NCBI RefSeq assembly: GCF_001194135.2
Contig: NC_068997.1
Coordinates: 28,402,813-28,466,812, forward strand
DNA: 64,000 nucleotides
Direction: 5' to 3'
DNA from: Octopus bimaculoides
Lineage: Eukaryota
Below the pieces are notes generated by a model. It was not told the DNA's origin, did not search any database, and was given only the letters and a program-made list of their open reading frames with translations. Positions 58,051 to 64,000 of this stretch are shown one piece after another. Position 1 is the stretch's first letter. Each line of letters starts with the position of its first letter. A program made the position numbers and the translations under genes.

Positions 58051-61000
58051 GTATGTATATACATCTGACAGTTTTCACCTACCAAATCCACTCACAAGGC
58101 TTTGGTTGACTTGAGGCTATAGCAGAAACCACTTGCCCAAAGTGCCACATAGTGGGATGGAACCCAGAGCGCATGGCCACACATTTGCCTTCTACAAGAA
58201 CAGGAAGACAATGACGTTGGCAATCTGGATTTGATCCTGATTTCTTAACCCCTGATTGGTTTTATTGATTTGATAAACATTTGGTGCCACTTCTAATATA
58301 ATTATCAAAGAGTAACTTACCAACCCCATCACATCCGAGATAATTAAAACATTCAAGAATAAAATAGTTTTTGATGTATTGGTGCTGATGCAGAGAGTGT
58401 CCAGAGCACAGACCACAATGAAGAATGGTAAAGCAACCTGAAACCAGAGAGAAAAACGTTCTTTTATTATCAGAATCCGAAAGCAATTCTTTGTTAGAGA
58501 TGTCTAGAAGACCGGATTGTTAGTATTCTTTTACTTATTTCAGTCATTCGACTGTGGGCCATGCTGGAGCACTGCCTTCAGTCAAACAAATTGACCCAGG
58601 ACTTATTTCTTTGTAAGCCTTGTACTTATTCTATCAGTTCCTTTTGCTGAACAGCTAAGTTACATGAACATAAACACACCAACATTGGTTGTCAAGCAAT
58701 GAGGTGGGGGGGACAACAACAGACACAAACACACATATCTATACGACGGGCTTCTTTCAGTTTCCGTATACCAAATCCACTGACAAGGCTTTGGTTGATC
58801 TGAGGCTATAGTAGAAGACACTTGCCCAAGGTGGCATGCAGAGGGACCGAACCGAGAACCATGTAGTTGGGAAACAAGCCACTTACCACACAGCCACTCC
58901 TGCACCTATTGGACAAAATAGCTTGTAGTCTTTAGTTACTTCCCATACATGCTGAGTTCAAATCCTTGAAAGGTCAACTTTACCTTTCATCCTTCCAGGG
59001 TTAATAAATTAAAGCAGCAACCAGTTATTGGTATTGACCAATCAATTCTGTCTTCCTGAAATGATGTGCTGCCAATGTTGGAAATTACGATGCTAGTATT
59101 ACCCCACTAATCCCACAGGGTGGAGAAAAAGTTGCAGTAGAGAGGAAGATAGGACAAGACTGCTTCCAGATTCCTGCAAGTAACTTTAGAGAAGGCCAGA
59201 GCAACTGCGGCCGATGAGAAACAGAGACGAAGGAAAGAATCGCTGTTGTGACCCCTGTCCATTTAACCAAGCTTACATATTTACTCCAAGAGCGTCACAG
59301 CCTGTTTGAGGATTGGTTTACATTGCCACTTAAGGGCTTGCCATTCTTCCTCATAAGTATAGAGAGAGACAGGTGTCTTGCTGCAGAGGAGATACATGGA
59401 TGCTCCAGCTGGAGAAGAGAGGAGAGTGAAAAAATAGATTTAATATCATCTCACCTTAAGCAGTAAGAGAGTTCCCATAGAGAAAGGATGGAACACTGTG
59501 AAGAAACAATAAACTGATGCAGGATCAAAGCTGAAAGGAAAGAGAAAAAAAACAAAGAACAGAAATTAGGCTTTGGTAGTTGGAAGAGATTGACTGACAG
59601 AAATGTGACTGGAGATTGACTGGAGGAAATGCGACGGTGGATTGACTGGAAGAAATGCAACTGGAGATTGATCGGAAGAAATGTGACTGAAGAAAGAGAG
59701 AAGCAATAGAAATAGCATCTTCTTAATGAGATGTCAGCCACAGAATGACGTTTGATTGAGTACAGGAGGGAATGTTCAAGACCCACAAGTGAAGCTGCAT
59801 TCAAATATCAGTTCATCAACTTGAGAGACATGGGGCAAGGGTGAGAAGAGGTGAGGTGATAGAAAGGCATGGGCTACATATGTGGAGAGGATGAGGTGCC
59901 CATGGCAAATGATGGAGGGAAATATTGGAGATTCTTTATATTGTAGAATCCTAAAGAATGTGAACACACAACCATTCTTACAAAACTGCAAAAAAAAAAA
60001 GGCAAGAAATTTCATTACAAGACATTTAATATGGAATAATGAATGGCCATGGGCAGGTCAGGAATTTCCATTTACTAAGAAGTTAAAGCAATGTTCTGGA
60101 AAGAAATAGCCCCTGCACAAGAACCATAAAATAAAAAAGGGTATCAGGGTGAATAAGCTTACCTGTTTATACTGGCAATGTTACCGGTTCCAAAAAATGC
60201 TGTATACATGAAAAATATCTGAAGAAATTAAGAAATCATAACCAAGAGATGGCAATATGGTTGTTTGTAGAAGTTATCTTNNNNNNNNNNNNNNNNNNNN
60301 NNNNNNNNNNNNNNNNNNNNNNNNNNNNNNNNNNNNNNNNNNNNNNNNNNNNNNNNNNNNNNNNNNNNNNNNNNNNNNNNNNNNNNNNNNNNNNNNNNNN
60401 NNNNNNNNNNNNNNNNNNNNNNNNNNNNNNNNNNNNNNNNNNNNNNNNNNNNNNNNNNNNNNNNNNNNNNNNNNNNNNNNNNNNNNNNNNNNNNNNNNNN
60501 NNNNNNNNNNNNNNNNNNNNNNNNNNNNNNNNNNNNNNNNNNNNNNNNNNNNNNNNNNNNNNNNNNNNNNNNNNNNNNNNNNNNNNNNNNNNNNNNNNNN
60601 NNNNNNNNNNNNNNNNNNNNNNNNNNNNNNNNNNNNNNNNNNNNNNNNNNNNNNNNNNNNNNNNNNNNNNNNNNNNNNNNNNNNNNNNNNNNNNNNNNNN
60701 NTCCTAAAGAATGTGAACACACAACCATTCTTACAAAACTGCAAAAAAAAAAAGGAAAACAAAATAAAAGAGAAAAACCAGAAAAGGAATGAAAAATTTA
60801 ATCCCGATTTCAAATCTGACATTAGAGCAAAAAATTTAGTTTCCTCCGCTAGTTTATATAATAAAAAAACTGTAGAATAGATGTTTTCTAAATATAAGAA
60901 GGCTATTTTAATTTATGTTCAAGAAGTCCACTCTGCTTAGTGGTTGGTGTTAGGAAGGGCATCCAGCTGTAAAAATCTTGCCATAACAGTCACAGAACTC

Positions 61001-61401
61001 TGGTACAAGCTTTCGCCTGGCTGGCTCTCGTCTGGTGCAGGCTTCTGCCTAGCTGGCTCTCGTCTGGTGCAAGCTTCCGCCTGGCTGGCTCTCGTCTGGT
61101 GCGTCTCGTCAGAGAGAGAGAGAGAGAGACAGAAAGAGATCAGGAATGAAGAGAGAAACAGGTGTGTTGCTGCAAAGGAGATACATGATTACCTGGCCAG
61201 TTTGAACATAAAACAGGTGGAATATCTGGGCCGCTAGACATGGCTGGTTTAAATGCTAAACTGTTAAGGAATAAGTGTGAAATATCTGAAGCAATACTTA
61301 CATCATCCAGTTGGAAGTGCAGTGAAGGGGTGACAATACTTTCCAACCACACCCAGAAGAAAAGCGAACAACAAAAAGAAAGAATGAAAAGACATTCGTG
61401 A
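57336..61401 (-). CDS. PIGN: GPI ethanolamine phosphate transferase 1 (PIG-N/Mcd4), 5'-partial, last six coding exons
   Basis: Spliced peptide includes [39 protein letters not shown] and [23 protein letters not shown], the recalled PIGN C-terminal motifs. GT-AG junctions and phases are consistent. Confidence 0.96.
58321..58437 (-). CDS. PIGN: PIGN exon
   Basis: [39 protein letters not shown]; phase 0 to 0. Confidence 0.95.
59455..59530 (-). CDS. PIGN: PIGN exon
   Basis: [25 protein letters not shown]; phase 2 to 0. Confidence 0.95.
60163..60218 (-). CDS. PIGN: PIGN exon
   Basis: [26 protein letters not shown]; phase 0 to 2. Confidence 0.95.
60702..60738 (-). CDS. PIGN: PIGN exon, 3' part lost in N-gap
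   Basis: T-tract GCAG|FCKNGCVFTFFR then Ns; weak match to human FSYNTDITQFR; phase 0 fits. Confidence 0.65.
61001..61102. repeat. Tandem repeat, 32-bp unit x3, inside an RTE tail
   Basis: CAAGCTTYCGCCTGGCTGGCTCTCGTCTGGTG starting at 61006, 61038 and 61070. Confidence 0.85.
61302..61401 (-). CDS. PIGN: PIGN exon
   Basis: HECLFILSFCCSLFFWVWLESIVTPSLHFQLDD; phase 2 to 0. Confidence 0.88.
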
Positions 61402-62907
61402 CTGGAAAGAGTTAAGGAGACTTTTACATTGGTTTTCAGATTTTGGCACAAGGCCAGCAAGTTCGAAGGGAGGGGATAAGCCAATTACATGAACGCCAGT
61501 GTTCAACTGGTACTTAGCCTCTCAACCTTTCAGGGACGATAGAATAAGTCAACCTTGGTGAAATTTGAACTCAGAACGTAAAGACAAATGAAATGTTGCT
61601 AAGTATTTTGTGCAGCATGCCAACGGTTCTGCCAGCTGGTCACCTTGGGAGAGTTTTATATTAAGACATCTTCTAACAATTGGGTTTATCTAATGCTTAG
61701 GAAGCTGATGTTAACCCCTGGCCTGCCATGAGCCCCATTTGGGGATCTGCTAAAAACAGTCTCACTGCCGGTTGTTCGTTGTATTTAAAGTGAATTGCTT
61801 TTGTACATTGCATTTGCAGAGGTGTGTTTAACAATATTTAGTAATTAAAATTTGTCGTTATCTCTGGCTAATTATAAGAGGACATTTTTGGTCATAAATC
61901 ACAATTTTTGAACTAGAAAAATATTGACTGTTTTGAAAACGTTTTCTTTTTTTTTCATACACATTCGCATTTGATACTATAGTTTCAAAAAAAACTAAAA
62001 TGTTTATTATTGCAATTGAATAGAAAAGGATAAATGNNNNNNNNNNNNNNNNNNNNNNNNNNNNNNNNNNNNNNNNNNNNNNNNNNNNNNNNNNNNNNCA
62101 TGAGCCCCATTTGGGGATCTGCTAAAAACAGTCTCACTGCCGGTTGTTCGTTGTATTTAAAGTGAATTGCTTTTGTACATTGCATTTGCAGAGGTGTGTT
62201 TAACAATATTTAGTAATTAAAATTTGTCGTTATCTCTGGCTAATTATAAGAGGACATTTTTGGTCATAAATCACAATTTTTGAACTAGAAAAATATTGAC
62301 TGTTTTGAAAACGTTTTCTTTTTTTTTCATACACATTCGCATTTGATACTATAGTTTCAAAAAAAACTAAAATGTTTATTATTGCAATTGAATAGAAAAG
62401 GATAAATGTGCTTTTTTCTAGCAATCCCCATTTCAGATTAAACTCTGAACAGCTTAAAGGGTTTCTATTTGGTGCTGTTTCTTAGTTAGTTTTCAAAATT
62501 GATGGTTTGGTTTACATTGATCTTAACTTCATTACTATTTGCTTTATCATTTTGTATCAATTTTTATTTCATATCCTGCAACATTTTATGAGCAGTAGTG
62601 GTTGTTGGTTATAAGATTCTGGCAGCGGCCACTCTCCACTTCACTGTAATTCCAATGGCAAGAATTACTAAACAAGGTGCCATGCAGTGGAATGGTACCC
62701 AAAACCTGCATCAATTACATATTTTTTTTTTCTTTTTTACTTGTTTCAGTCATTTGACTGTGGCTATACTAGAGCACTGCCTTTAGTTGAACAAATCGAA
62801 CCCATGACTTATTCACTGTAAGCCTAGTACTTATTCTATCAGTCTTTTACATACACACACATCTATGTGTGTATGTATGTATGTGTGTGTGTATATATAT
62901 ATATATA

Positions 62908-63251
62908 TACTAGCAGTATAACCCAACGTTGTCCGGGTGTGACTTATTATGCCATCTACGATAAGTCTTGCTAGGTGAAAATCAACTAAAAAAGANNNNN
63001 NNNNNGTTGCTTTCTTTCCCCAGCAAGCTCTCTTGTTTGGAGGCATAATCTATATACATATTAAACAGAACAACAAAAGTTATAACAGATGGGAGGGTCG
63101 GTAGTTTTCACATTTCGGTGATTTTTCAGATTAACACCCGCACTATTACGTAACCCTAACCCTAAAACCGTAAGACTAACCCTCATCGTAACCCTGACCC
63201 CAAAACCGTAACCCTAACACCCTAGTGAAAATCGTGCAGGTGTTAATCTGA
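62908..63251. mobile_element. Possible Helitron/HINE-like non-autonomous element
   Basis: TACTAGC...ACCCAACGTTGTCCGGG start motif; internal 18-bp inverted repeat enclosing TAACCC-like repeats. Confidence 0.4.
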
Positions 63252-64000
63252 ATAATAATAATAATGACCTCTGCAGATCAAACTCCCAACCCACAACTAA
63301 GTCTTAAGTATGTATATATATATATATATATATATGGGCATCACACACACACATACACACTAAATAAAAAGATGTTAGTCAGTACAGAACTTCAGCATTA
63401 TATATTAAGATGGGCAACACACACGCACACATACTAAATAAAAAAAAATGACAGGTATTTGTATGTATGTATGTGTGTATTAATGTGTATTCTGTGTCTA
63501 TATATGGTAGTAAGTAAATGCGTTTTAAGAAAGATATTAAAAAAATTCAGTTTGTAAAGAATAAATATTTGACTGACGATCGTATTTGGAAGAGAATGAC
63601 AGATATTTGTATGTATGAGTGTGTGAGTTCAAATTCCGCGGAAGTTGACTTTGCCTTTCAGGGTCTAAAAAATAAGTACCAGTTGAACACAGGGGTCAAT
63701 ATAATCGACTATTCTCCACCTGCCCGAAGCCACCGTTGTGGGAAAAATTTTAAATAATAATAATAATAGGCATAACTACAGAGTTGTACCCCCCAGACTT
63801 TGGAAGGTCATAACTTTCAGAAAAATTAATATTTTTTATTGAAATTTTCTATGGATATAGTATTTACTATGTAGAATCTGAATATACAAAAGTTTCCAGT
63901 GAAAGTGTTTTGGAATGGGGGTGGGGGACAATTTTCGGAAATTCCAACAGATTCCACTTAAATTCTTAACTTCCAGGAAAATTAATATTTTTTCGTGAAA

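Noticed and set aside
59570-59830. Degenerate CR1/L2-like LINE 3' fragment on minus (RHSVADISL)
   Set aside because: Only one short motif is recognisable, too weak to annotate without a profile search.
61727-62408. 310-bp direct duplication (61727-62036 and 62099-62408)
   Set aside because: Identical copies on either side of a small N-gap are typical of unmerged overlapping contig ends, so this is probably an assembly artefact.

Overview
Eukaryotic, AT-rich, gapped scaffold sequence with about a dozen N-runs. The repeat complement (tRNA-derived SINEs, RTE LINE 3' ends with (GAT)n tails, TA/CA microsatellites) suggests a cephalopod, probably octopus; this is an inference. Two convergent multi-exon genes are supported by GT-AG exons whose phases chain consistently wherever they can be read. 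(1) virilizer/VIRMA, the m6A writer scaffold, lies on + with 38 coding exons from 8708 to the stop at 55564. Its first ~3 exons lie outside the window and three exons are cut by N-gaps. (2) The last six coding exons of PIGN (GPI ethanolamine-phosphate transferase 1) lie on -, 61401 to the stop at 57336. Introns contain a defective Ty3/Gypsy element (1318-~4760), a truncated RTE LINE with a PHD-like finger, many SINE and RTE-tail copies, several MITEs, a mariner remnant and a decayed tRNA-Pro. The most notable unexplained structures are: a 390-bp fold-back with a hammerhead-like core on its axis; a 341-codon poly-Q plus RS/RD exon in VIRMA; three local copies of exon or splice-site fragments, two of which could act as poison exons; and a strong extra acceptor before the terminal VIRMA exon. 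No prokaryotic features or CRISPR arrays were found. Comparisons with human proteins are from memory, not from a database search.
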